Assembly (NCBI GenBank): GCA_020353535.1
Contig: CP070696.1
Span: forward strand, 1,821,989-1,885,988
DNA from: Spirochaetaceae bacterium
GTDB taxonomy: Bacteria; Spirochaetota; Spirochaetia; SZUA-6; DRHE01
Direction of reading: 5' to 3'
DNA: 64,000 bases
A program made the position numbers and the translations under genes. The notes beneath the pieces are model-generated. The model searched no databases, was not told the origin of the DNA, and saw nothing but the letters and a program-made list of their open reading frames with translations. Of this stretch, positions 54,766-63,319 are shown piece after piece; the stretch's first letter is position 1; the number at the start of each line of letters is the position of its first letter.

Positions 54766-56754
54766 ATGAAAATCAAGACGAAAATCATCTGTGTCACGGG
54801 AATCGTACTTGTCTGTGTGATTGTTGTATCCACCGTTTCAATCTGGACACTCAACGAAATTTCAAGACTGAAAGAAACCATCGACAATGGGGTGGAGCTA
54901 ATCGGCAGGGCGCGTACCATCCACAGTTTGATGAAGGATTTGATGTTTGACATCTTTACACCTCAGACCTACCGTCTGCTGAAAGACATAATTTTTGCGC
55001 CACGTTTTCAAACTACGAGAAGAAGTTTTCGTACCGCCGTTGTTGAATTCCAGGGTGAATTCCACGAGTTCATGGAATCCCCCAGGGTGAAGAGGCTGCT
55101 GAGGGATGAGGAGCTACAAGATGCCTATGCGGTGGCTCAGGTCATCAGCGGGAAAGCATTCATTAAAATCGAGGATTTCCAGAGCAAGCTGGATCAGCTT
55201 GCCGGGTCAGGGGTACTCGGGGAAGAAAGCCTGTATGAGCAGGTACAGATCGGTACGGAAACGACGATCCCCCTGTTCTTCGACGAGGTCAGAGACACCT
55301 CCTACTATCTCACAAACAGCTTCGAGAGTTTCTTGAGCCATTTTATACGCTCACTGGAGGATCAAAGCGCCATCATCCGCAGGCGAATCCTGATTTTCTT
55401 CTGGAGTATAACCGCTGTTATTGGAGTGTTGGCGGTCTTTCTTTCTCTCTTGCTCGCCCGACAGATTTCGCAACGGATCGGCAGGGTCGAGCAGGGTTTC
55501 CGGCTCGTATCCATGGGCGACTTCACCGCCACACTCAATATCCGAACAAATGATGAGTTTGGAGTGCTCGCAAAAAGCTTCAACTTATTCATGAAAGATC
55601 TGAAACGAAATGTAGATTCGGTTCTGAACCTCATGCGGGACATCAGCGGATCGATTACCGAGAGGTTGCGATTCGATAAGATCCTGGAATTGATCGTCGA
55701 ATCTGCTGTAAAAGATTCGAACGCTGATGGTTCTGCTTTCCTGACGCTGAACGAGAACGGGGGCATCACCGTCGGGCAGACCACGGGAGTTGTCCCGTAC
55801 CCAAAAGGTCGCACGATCACGGAGGAAGAAGCGGATGCCCTGTCTGGTAAGGCTTCTGGCAAAACAGAGGCCGCCTCATCCTTGAAACAGGTCTTCCTTA
55901 AACGGAAACCTCTGTATATCCGCAAGATCAAGAGTTGTGCGGCGGTCAGTCCTGACGACCGGAACCAGCAGCTAAGTTCACTGCTGGCTCTGCCATTGGT
56001 CGTCTCCCAACAGCTTCTTGGGGTGTTTTGTGTCTTCACCTACGGAGAAGTCAACCACATCACAGACCTCGACTATACGAACTTCAGCACCTTTATCGAC
56101 TACGCTTCTGTGATCCTGGACAACTTCTTCAAATACAAGGAGCTGTTGGAAAGAAGAGAGGCGGAGTACGCGGCGCTCCAATCTCAGATCCAGCCTCATT
56201 TCCTCTACAACCTGCTCAACGGCCTGATTGGTTTGAACCGGATGGGAAACCGCAAATCCCTGGAAGGTGCTTTGTTTTCTCTAAAGGACATGCTTCGCTA
56301 CACCCTGGAACAGAGCGACTGGTCCACGGTTGCAGAGGAATTTAGATTTGTTGGTAAGTACTGCGAACTTCAACAGGTCCGCTTTCAAGAACGTCTTTCC
56401 GTGGAGATTCATTGTGAAGAGCATGCCGCCTCGTTCCCCATACCTAAGCTGATTCTCCAACCTCTCGTGGAAAACGCGGTTATTCACGGGATCGAACCCC
56501 TGGGGGAATCCGGCCGGCTGAAAGTTTCGGCACGAGCGATCCGGAAAAATGGTGGTTCCGGGGTGGGCATACTCGTGATCGACAACGGCGTTGGCTTCTC
56601 CGTGGCTGATCACCCGGAGGACGGTCATATCGGATTACGCAATGTACGGGATCGACTCTCTATGGCCTTTCCACACGCTTCTTTGAAGATCGACAGCGAG
56701 CCGGGGAGAGGTACTCGCATAGCGATGGAGATTGTAGGGGACAGATCTTCCTGA
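54766..56754 (+). CDS. YesM/LytS-type sensor histidine kinase (TM-HAMP-GAF-like-His_kinase-HATPase)
   Basis: HAMP segment (MGDFTATLNIRTNDEFGVLAKSFN), phospho-His box QIQPHFLYNLLN of the pfam06580-type kinases, and HATPase (LVENAVIHG, DNGVGF). Confidence 0.85.
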   Translation: MKIKTKIICVTGIVLVCVIVVSTVSIWTLNEISRLKETIDNGVELIGRARTIHSLMKDLMFDIFTPQTYRLLKDIIFAPRFQTTRRSFRTAVVEFQGEFHEFMESPRVKRLLRDEELQDAYAVAQVISGKAFIKIEDFQSKLDQLAGSGVLGEESLYEQVQIGTETTIPLFFDEVRDTSYYLTNSFESFLSHFIRSLEDQSAIIRRRILIFFWSITAVIGVLAVFLSLLLARQISQRIGRVEQGFRLVSMGDFTATLNIRTNDEFGVLAKSFNLFMKDLKRNVDSVLNLMRDISGSITERLRFDKILELIVESAVKDSNADGSAFLTLNENGGITVGQTTGVVPYPKGRTITEEEADALSGKASGKTEAASSLKQVFLKRKPLYIRKIKSCAAVSPDDRNQQLSSLLALPLVVSQQLLGVFCVFTYGEVNHITDLDYTNFSTFIDYASVILDNFFKYKELLERREAEYAALQSQIQPHFLYNLLNGLIGLNRMGNRKSLEGALFSLKDMLRYTLEQSDWSTVAEEFRFVGKYCELQQVRFQERLSVEIHCEEHAASFPIPKLILQPLVENAVIHGIEPLGESGRLKVSARAIRKNGGSGVGILVIDNGVGFSVADHPEDGHIGLRNVRDRLSMAFPHASLKIDSEPGRGTRIAMEIVGDRSS

Positions 56755-56756
56755 TT

Positions 56757-58256
56757 ATGACGATCCTCATTGCCGATGATGAAAAACTTGTCCGTTACAC
56801 CTTGAAGAGTATGCTCAAAGAAATCGGCATACCCTCCTCATCAATACAGGTAGCCTGTGATGGACAAGAGATGGTCGAAAAGGTAGCCGACATTCGGCCG
56901 GACCTTGCCCTGGTAGATATCAAGATGCCCCGGTTAGACGGTTTGGAAGCGATTCAGAGAGCAAGGGGACTATCACCCCACACCAGGTGGATAATTCTTA
57001 CGAGCTACTCGACGTTCGAATACGCAAAGCAAGCCGTGGCTCTGGGTGCGACAGCGTATCTATTGAAACCGGTTAGTCCGCAGGAGCTTCGCCAGACGAT
57101 ACAGCAGGTCACCCAAGCAAACAGGGGAATCTATCAGCGCTTGAACGATGAGTTCGAGGCTCATCTGAACGCGCTTCTGCAGGAAACCACGACTCTTGCA
57201 CATGAAGGGCTCGATTATTTTACCGATGCTGTATTGTGGGGATCCCTGCTGGTATTTGACAGCAACATAGACAGGAAGGACCTTGTCCAGCAAGAGCATC
57301 TAGCCTGTGATTATATCCGAAAAAAAATGGCTAGTGTTATCGATCAGACTACCCGCATCGCCCTTTGCAGGTTAGGCGACGGGCAGTTGGCACTGATCGG
57401 AGCCTGGACCCGCGGACAGGGCGAACGGAAATCCCGCGGAGCGATTCGTGACCTGTTACGCAAACTGCAGCTCTCTCTCAACTCGATGGCGCCGCCCTCG
57501 GTATGCTGTACCATAATTTTAGGTGAACGATCCGACAGCTACGCAGCCTTCGACGAACATCTGCGCCTGCTGACCGAGATTGCCCCTCTCCGCACTATCA
57601 CCGGTATAGGTGGCGCGATCCCTTGGATCGCCCTTCAAGAGCGACGAGGATTTCATCCCGAAGTCGAGCTTAGCAAGTATCTGATTGCTCTGTCGGCGAC
57701 TGTTCGCGAAAGCACATACCTGGAGTATCTCAAGCTCGTCGATGAAATTGCCGTGGTATGGAAGGGGATGAGGGATAGCCGCCGAACGGAAATCAAGGAC
57801 CAAGTATTACGGTTTCTTGAGATTTCTCTGGGATTCCGACCCACCCCCTTGCCGTATGAGGATGCTTGGTCCGAGGAGCTACGGTGTCATGGCAAGCAAC
57901 TTTTTGAAAACACCGCTGCTCGAAAATCAAAGGATAATATTGACCAGGTGGTAGAATTCATAGACAGGAACTACATGAAGGATATTGGGGTTGCTCAGAT
58001 TGCCAACGACCTGGGGTTAACGCCGAACTACCTCAGTCATCGTTTCCACAAAAAAACCGGAACCACCTTTGTTAAATACCTGACCCAACTACGGATAACC
58101 AAGGCCAAGGAACTGCTGGCTGATCCTTTGCTGCCGATCCAGCAGATAGCTCGAAAAGTCGGGTATAACAGCTCTCGTCATTTCAGCTCCATGTTCAAGC
58201 TTTTGGAAGGAAGGATCCCTTCGGATTTTCGCAGAGACCGGGAGAGAAACGATTGA
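56757..58256 (+). CDS. YesN-type response regulator with AraC-family HTH output
   Basis: Receiver (ILIADDEKLVR...LVDIKMPRLDG...KP) and a C-terminal AraC double HTH (IANDLGLTPNYLSHRFHKKTG...IARKVGYNSSRHFSSMFK). Confidence 0.9.
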   Translation: MTILIADDEKLVRYTLKSMLKEIGIPSSSIQVACDGQEMVEKVADIRPDLALVDIKMPRLDGLEAIQRARGLSPHTRWIILTSYSTFEYAKQAVALGATAYLLKPVSPQELRQTIQQVTQANRGIYQRLNDEFEAHLNALLQETTTLAHEGLDYFTDAVLWGSLLVFDSNIDRKDLVQQEHLACDYIRKKMASVIDQTTRIALCRLGDGQLALIGAWTRGQGERKSRGAIRDLLRKLQLSLNSMAPPSVCCTIILGERSDSYAAFDEHLRLLTEIAPLRTITGIGGAIPWIALQERRGFHPEVELSKYLIALSATVRESTYLEYLKLVDEIAVVWKGMRDSRRTEIKDQVLRFLEISLGFRPTPLPYEDAWSEELRCHGKQLFENTAARKSKDNIDQVVEFIDRNYMKDIGVAQIANDLGLTPNYLSHRFHKKTGTTFVKYLTQLRITKAKELLADPLLPIQQIARKVGYNSSRHFSSMFKLLEGRIPSDFRRDRERND

Positions 58257-58361
58257 AGCCTTAAACAGTAGAAAAAAGTACATCTATCATAGATTTTCAT
58301 CCTTCGGACACACGCGGATCCCGTGATACCATGACACAAACCTATTTCAAGGAGGGACTCT

Positions 58362-59384
58362 ATGAAGAGACTCAAAATGATCTCCCTCTTTGTGGTTTTG
58401 GTTTTGCTGGCCGGGGGTATGGTATTCGCCGGTGGCAAAACTGAAGCTGCAAAAGAGGGAGTCCGAATTGCCATGGTTGTCAAGAACCTGGGGAACTCTT
58501 TCTTCGAAGCCTGCCGTGACGGAGGTTTGGAAGCGATCGAAGACCTGGGCGCCGACATCGAATTAATCTACCAGGGGCCCAGCACGCCGACCGCGGAGGG
58601 TCAAATCGAGATCATCGATTCCCTGATCGCTCAGAAAGTGGACGCTATCGCCATCTCTGCAAACGATGTGGATGCCCTTGTACCTATCTGCAAAAAAGCG
58701 ATGACCGCCGGTATCAAGGTGATCTCCTTTGATTCGGGAATAGCCCCGGATGGACGCATTCTGCATCTAGCGCCTTCGGGGGATGAGTTCATCGGTAGGA
58801 GCCAGGTACGGATGATGGCCGAACTCGTCGACCACGAGGGCCAGATCGCGATCCTCAGTGCGTCTTCCCAGGCTACGAATCAGAATGCCTGGATCGAGTG
58901 GATGAAGAAGGAGCTGGAAGAAGCTGATTACAACAATATGGAGCTGGTGACCGTTGTCTACGGCGACGACCTCTCAGACAAGAGCTACAGAGAAGCGATG
59001 GGCCTTTTTAAATCGTATCCCAATCTTAGGGGAATTATTTCCCCGACAACTGTTGGAATCGCCGCAACCGGTAAAGCCCTGGAAGATGCTGGCAAGGCCG
59101 GTGAGATCGAGTTGACCGGCTTGGGGCTCCCCTCGGAGATGAAGCAGTACATCAAGAACGGAACCTGCCGCAAGATGTCACTGTGGAATCCAATCGACCT
59201 GGGTTACTCTGCCACCTATATCGCCTACAAACTGATAACCGGGGATGTTGAAGGCGGGGCAGGTGAGACCATGGATGTGGGTCGTATGGGGGATATTATC
59301 ATCGGGGGCGGAAAAGTTGCCGTTATGAGCGAGCCTTACGTATTCGACAAGGACAATATTGATAAATTTGCGGCAATCTACTAA
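58362..59384 (+). CDS. rhaS: Rhamnose-type sugar ABC substrate-binding protein
   Basis: Family-2 periplasmic binding protein (VVKNLGNSFFEACRDG...GPSTPTAEGQIEIIDSLIAQKVDAIAISAND) resembling rhizobial RhaS. Context with rhaM and a rhaA remnant supports rhamnose. Confidence 0.7.
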   Translation: MKRLKMISLFVVLVLLAGGMVFAGGKTEAAKEGVRIAMVVKNLGNSFFEACRDGGLEAIEDLGADIELIYQGPSTPTAEGQIEIIDSLIAQKVDAIAISANDVDALVPICKKAMTAGIKVISFDSGIAPDGRILHLAPSGDEFIGRSQVRMMAELVDHEGQIAILSASSQATNQNAWIEWMKKELEEADYNNMELVTVVYGDDLSDKSYREAMGLFKSYPNLRGIISPTTVGIAATGKALEDAGKAGEIELTGLGLPSEMKQYIKNGTCRKMSLWNPIDLGYSATYIAYKLITGDVEGGAGETMDVGRMGDIIIGGGKVAVMSEPYVFDKDNIDKFAAIY

Positions 59385-59415
59385 TACTAAAACGAGAGAT
59401 CGACATCAAACACGC

Positions 59416-59450
59416 AGAGCGAAGCAGGATCTTTCCTGCTTCGCTCTTTT
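59416..59450 (+). terminator. Strong intercistronic hairpin/partial terminator after the binding-protein gene
   Basis: AGAGCGAAGCAGGA (59416-59429) pairs perfectly with TCCTGCTTCGCTCT (59434-59447) around a 4-nt loop, followed by TTT. Confidence 0.65.
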
Positions 59451-59467
59451 AAAGGAAGCTCGTCGAC

Positions 59468-60976
59468 GTGCAAAGCGTACTTGAATGCCGTAGAATCACC
59501 AAGTACTTCCCGGGTATCAAAGCTCTGGATGAAGTGGATTTCAATATCCGCCCCGGGGAAGTACATGCACTCATCGGTGAGAACGGCGCGGGAAAATCCA
59601 CCTTGGTGAAAATCATCACGGGTATCCATCAGCCCGACAGCGGAGTCATCCTTCAAAACGGAGAACCCGTGGAGTTTCGCAATCCTATAGCTTCCCAGCT
59701 AGCCGGGATCGCGGCCATTCACCAGGAAGCCACCATGTTTCCGGAGCTTTCCGTAACGGAAAACATCTACATGGGCCATCACCTTGCCCGCAGGGCAAGC
59801 AGGCTGCTGGACTGGAAAGGGATGAAGCTCAAAACCCGTTCACTTCTGGAAAAGCTGGAGTTGGAGATCAACCTGGATACCAAGGTGAAGGATCTCAGCG
59901 TAGCCCAGAGGCACATGGTGGAGATCGTAAAAGCCCTGTCTGTTGATGCTAAGATCGTCATCATGGACGAGCCCACCTCCGCCTTATCCTTGAGAGAGGT
60001 GGAGGACCTGTACAAAATCATCAGACAATTGAAAGCAACGGGGCAGGCCATCGTGTTCATCTCCCATAAATTCGAGGATATTTACGAAATCGCCGACTAT
60101 TTCACGGTTCTGAGAGACGGCCGCTATATCGGGGAAGGGAAAGTGTCCGAAACCGAGGTGGACGAAATTGTTCGGATGATGGTCGGGCGCAGCCTGGATC
60201 AGATGTTTCCAAAAACGAAAGTTCAGCTGGGTGACACGATCCTGAAGATCGAAGGACTCTCCAAGACGGGGATCTTCAAGGACATATCATTCGACCTGCA
60301 TCGCGGAGAAATTTTGGGTTTTTTTGGATTGGTAGGAGCCGGTAGGTCGGAAGTCATGCAGGCTGTTTTCGGTATCGATACAGCCACCAGCGGTAAGATT
60401 TCGGTCAAAGGCACGGAGCTGAGCATCACCAGCCCTCCGGTTGCCATGGACCGTGGTATCGCCTACGTGCCGGAGGATCGCCAGATCCAGGGCACGATAC
60501 TGGATATGAGCATCCAGGACAATATCACCTTGCCCATAGTCGATAAACTGGCGAGCTATTCGCTTCTAAATTTCCAGAAGGAGGGGGAGATCACGCGTGA
60601 GTTCGGGGAGCGCATGGAGATCAAAACGTCCGGCTGGACCCAGGCGGTGAACAGCCTCTCCGGGGGTAATCAACAGAAAGTGGTTTTGGCCAAATGGCTG
60701 GCCACCCATCCGGAGATCCTGATTATGGATGAGCCCACCAAGGGAATCGATGTGGCTACCAAAGCCCGGGTTCACGAGTTCATCTCCCAATTGGCGGCGG
60801 AAGGTCTGGCCATCATCCTTATTTCCTCCGAGATTCCGGAGATTCTAGGCATGGCCGATAGGATTGTGGTCATGCACGAAGGGAAGATCACCGCCTGTTT
60901 AAACCCCAGTGAAGCGGACTCAGAGACACTGGTCAAGGCAGCAATGGGTAATCTTCTACCTCAGGAAAGTGAATAG
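59468..60976 (+). CDS. rhaT: Sugar ABC transporter ATP-binding protein (duplicated ATPase, CUT2)
   Basis: Two ABC cassettes (GENGAGKST / LSVAQRHMVEI; GLVGAGRSE / LSGGNQQKVVLAKWL). GTG start. Confidence 0.8.
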   Translation: MQSVLECRRITKYFPGIKALDEVDFNIRPGEVHALIGENGAGKSTLVKIITGIHQPDSGVILQNGEPVEFRNPIASQLAGIAAIHQEATMFPELSVTENIYMGHHLARRASRLLDWKGMKLKTRSLLEKLELEINLDTKVKDLSVAQRHMVEIVKALSVDAKIVIMDEPTSALSLREVEDLYKIIRQLKATGQAIVFISHKFEDIYEIADYFTVLRDGRYIGEGKVSETEVDEIVRMMVGRSLDQMFPKTKVQLGDTILKIEGLSKTGIFKDISFDLHRGEILGFFGLVGAGRSEVMQAVFGIDTATSGKISVKGTELSITSPPVAMDRGIAYVPEDRQIQGTILDMSIQDNITLPIVDKLASYSLLNFQKEGEITREFGERMEIKTSGWTQAVNSLSGGNQQKVVLAKWLATHPEILIMDEPTKGIDVATKARVHEFISQLAAEGLAIILISSEIPEILGMADRIVVMHEGKITACLNPSEADSETLVKAAMGNLLPQESE

Positions 60977-60977
60977 T

Positions 60978-61952
60978 ATGCGGGAACTACTGAGACGTCG
61001 AGAGTTCAGTCTACTGTTACTCATCCTTGTGCTGATGGTTGCGGTTAGTCTGAGGGCTCCTAATTTCCCCCAGCCTGGAAACTTGTACGACATCGCCAAC
61101 GACACCGCTATTCTCATTATGGTTGCCATCGGACAGATGATGGTTATTATCACCGGTGGAATCGATCTATCGGTAGCCTCGGGCATTGCTCTGACAGGGA
61201 TGTCCGTCGGGATGCTGAACCAGTATTTCCCGGCTATCCCCATCTTCGTGATTATCCTGATTTCCCTTGCGATAGGATTCCTTCTCGGTTCGTTCAACGG
61301 AATCCTGGTCTCCTTGGCCGGGATCCCGCCGATCATCACGACCCTGGGAACGATGAGCATCTACCGGGGATTCGTATTTGTCCTCAGCAAAGGAGAGTGG
61401 GTCAGCGCCCATGAAATGACCGAAGCCTTCCGTGAATTGCCCCGAGGTTCACTGTTCGGAGTAACGAATCTGCTATTGGCTGCCCTTTTAGTGGTAGCGA
61501 TTATCTCGATATTTCTACGTTTGAGCCGAACCGGCCGGGAGATATACGGAGTCGGTGGAAACAACGTCGCCGCCCAATACGTCGGCATAAGCTTGAAAAA
61601 AATACGTTATCTGGTTTTTACCTTGAGTGGAGTCATCGTCGGACTTTCCGGTTTGTTCTGGGTATCCCGATATGCATCGGCCCAAAATGAAACCGCCTTT
61701 GGTTTCGAGCTGCAGACGATCGCCGCTTGCGTGATAGGGGGCGTGAGCATCATGGGGGGAACCGGAACGGTTCTCGGCGTGGTGTTAGGGGCCGTTTTTT
61801 TAGGAATCGTGAATAATGCTCTGACGGTCATCAATCTTTCCCCTTTCTACCAGATGGCGATCCAGGGATTTGTCATCCTCGTGGCGATCGTGGCAAATAC
61901 GTTGGTGGATCAGCGCAACCAGCTGGCGATGCTGCGTAAGAGAGAGCTGTGA
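60978..61952 (+). CDS. rhaP: Sugar ABC transporter permease (CUT2)
   Basis: RbsC-like multi-TM permease. ATG at 60978 lies 2 nt after the ATPase stop. Confidence 0.8.
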   Translation: MRELLRRREFSLLLLILVLMVAVSLRAPNFPQPGNLYDIANDTAILIMVAIGQMMVIITGGIDLSVASGIALTGMSVGMLNQYFPAIPIFVIILISLAIGFLLGSFNGILVSLAGIPPIITTLGTMSIYRGFVFVLSKGEWVSAHEMTEAFRELPRGSLFGVTNLLLAALLVVAIISIFLRLSRTGREIYGVGGNNVAAQYVGISLKKIRYLVFTLSGVIVGLSGLFWVSRYASAQNETAFGFELQTIAACVIGGVSIMGGTGTVLGVVLGAVFLGIVNNALTVINLSPFYQMAIQGFVILVAIVANTLVDQRNQLAMLRKREL

Positions 61953-62983
61953 GCAAGCAGGACCCACAACGCTCCAGCCTGATCACCCGGATTGCCAATC
62001 TGATGATGACCTGGGAAGTCATCCTATTCCTGATTTTCATCGTTGTCATTGTCGTCAATTCAAACCTCTCTCCCTATTTCCTCGATCTTTTCAACATCCT
62101 CGACACGACCTTCAACTTCATGGAGAAGGCCATCGTAGCTCTGCCGATGATCCTGGTGATCATTTGCGGCGACATTGACATCTCGGTGGCCGGAATTATC
62201 GCCCTGTGTTCGCTGCTGATGGGTATGACGTCTGCGGCCGGCGCCTCGACCGGCGTAGTCGTTCTAGTGGGATTGGGTACCGGGCTGTCGGCGGGCGCTC
62301 TTAACGGTTTTCTCATCACCCGCTTCGGAATTCCAGCGATAGCCGTCACCATCGGCAGTATGTCTCTGTTCCGCGGCATTTCCTACGCGGTCCTGGGGGA
62401 TCAGGCATATACCAAGTATCCTGAATCCTTTGCCTTTTTCGGGCAGGGATACGTGGGGAATACCATCATTCCCTTTGAGCTGATTCTTTTTCTAGTGCTC
62501 GCCCTTGTATTTGGATTGCTCCTGCATCGTACGACCTTTGGGCGGAAAGTCTATGCGATAGGCAACAATGCAACCAGCGCTCGTTTCTCCGGAGTGCGGG
62601 TAAACAGAATCCGCTGGATCGTATTTTCCCTCTCCGGGGCGATGTCCGGCCTGGCGGCGATCCTGCTTACCTCCCGCATCGGCAGTACCCGCCCGAACAT
62701 AGCCTCCGGATGGGAGCTGGAGATTATCACGACGGTGGTTCTCGGCGGAGTAGCCATTTCCGGGGGTAAGGGCAATCTCCTAGGTGTCATCATCGGCATC
62801 TTCCTGATCGGTTTTCTTAAGTTCGGGATGGGCTTGATCAATGTGCCGGGTAAGGTGATGAATATCGTGATCGGTTTTCTTCTGATCTTCGCGATCATGC
62901 TTCCCGGATACGTACGGGCGTTACACAACAGAAGCCTGCTGAAGCGCCAACGGGAAATGCCCGAGCACGCATCTGCCGGGTGA
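61949..62983 (+). CDS. rhaQ: Sugar ABC transporter permease (CUT2)
   Basis: Second RbsC-like permease. GTG start overlaps the upstream stop. Confidence 0.8.
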   Translation: MSKQDPQRSSLITRIANLMMTWEVILFLIFIVVIVVNSNLSPYFLDLFNILDTTFNFMEKAIVALPMILVIICGDIDISVAGIIALCSLLMGMTSAAGASTGVVVLVGLGTGLSAGALNGFLITRFGIPAIAVTIGSMSLFRGISYAVLGDQAYTKYPESFAFFGQGYVGNTIIPFELILFLVLALVFGLLLHRTTFGRKVYAIGNNATSARFSGVRVNRIRWIVFSLSGAMSGLAAILLTSRIGSTRPNIASGWELEIITTVVLGGVAISGGKGNLLGVIIGIFLIGFLKFGMGLINVPGKVMNIVIGFLLIFAIMLPGYVRALHNRSLLKRQREMPEHASAG

Positions 62984-63003
62984 GGTCGAGTAAAGGAGAG
63001 ACG

Positions 63004-63318
63004 ATGAAGAGGGGTGCTTTCAAAATGAAACTAAAACCGAATTTCGAACAGGAGTACAAGCGACGCCACGACGAGATCTGGCCGGAGCTTGCAGCAGAAC
63101 TATCCCGTGCCGGAGTCTGCGACTACTCGATCTTTTTGGATCGGGAATCCCTGACCCTATTTGCCTTTCAGAAACTGCAGGAGGGAAATACCGCAGATAG
63201 ACTACCGGAAGCAGAGGTCGTCAAGCGATGGTGGGAATACATGAAAGACATCATGGAGACGAATCCCGATAATTCTCCCGTTACCGTTCCCCTGGAAGAA
63301 GTGTTTCACCTGGATTGA
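63004..63318 (+). CDS. rhaM: L-rhamnose mutarotase
   Basis: MKRGAFKMKLKPNFEQEYKRRHDEIWPEL...YSIFLD aligns with the RhaM/RhaU N-terminus (..AFVMQVNPD..EYQRRHNPIWPEL..YAIYLD). About 104 aa. RBS AAAGGAGAG. Confidence 0.85.
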   Translation: MKRGAFKMKLKPNFEQEYKRRHDEIWPELAAELSRAGVCDYSIFLDRESLTLFAFQKLQEGNTADRLPEAEVVKRWWEYMKDIMETNPDNSPVTVPLEEVFHLD

Positions 63319-63319
63319 A

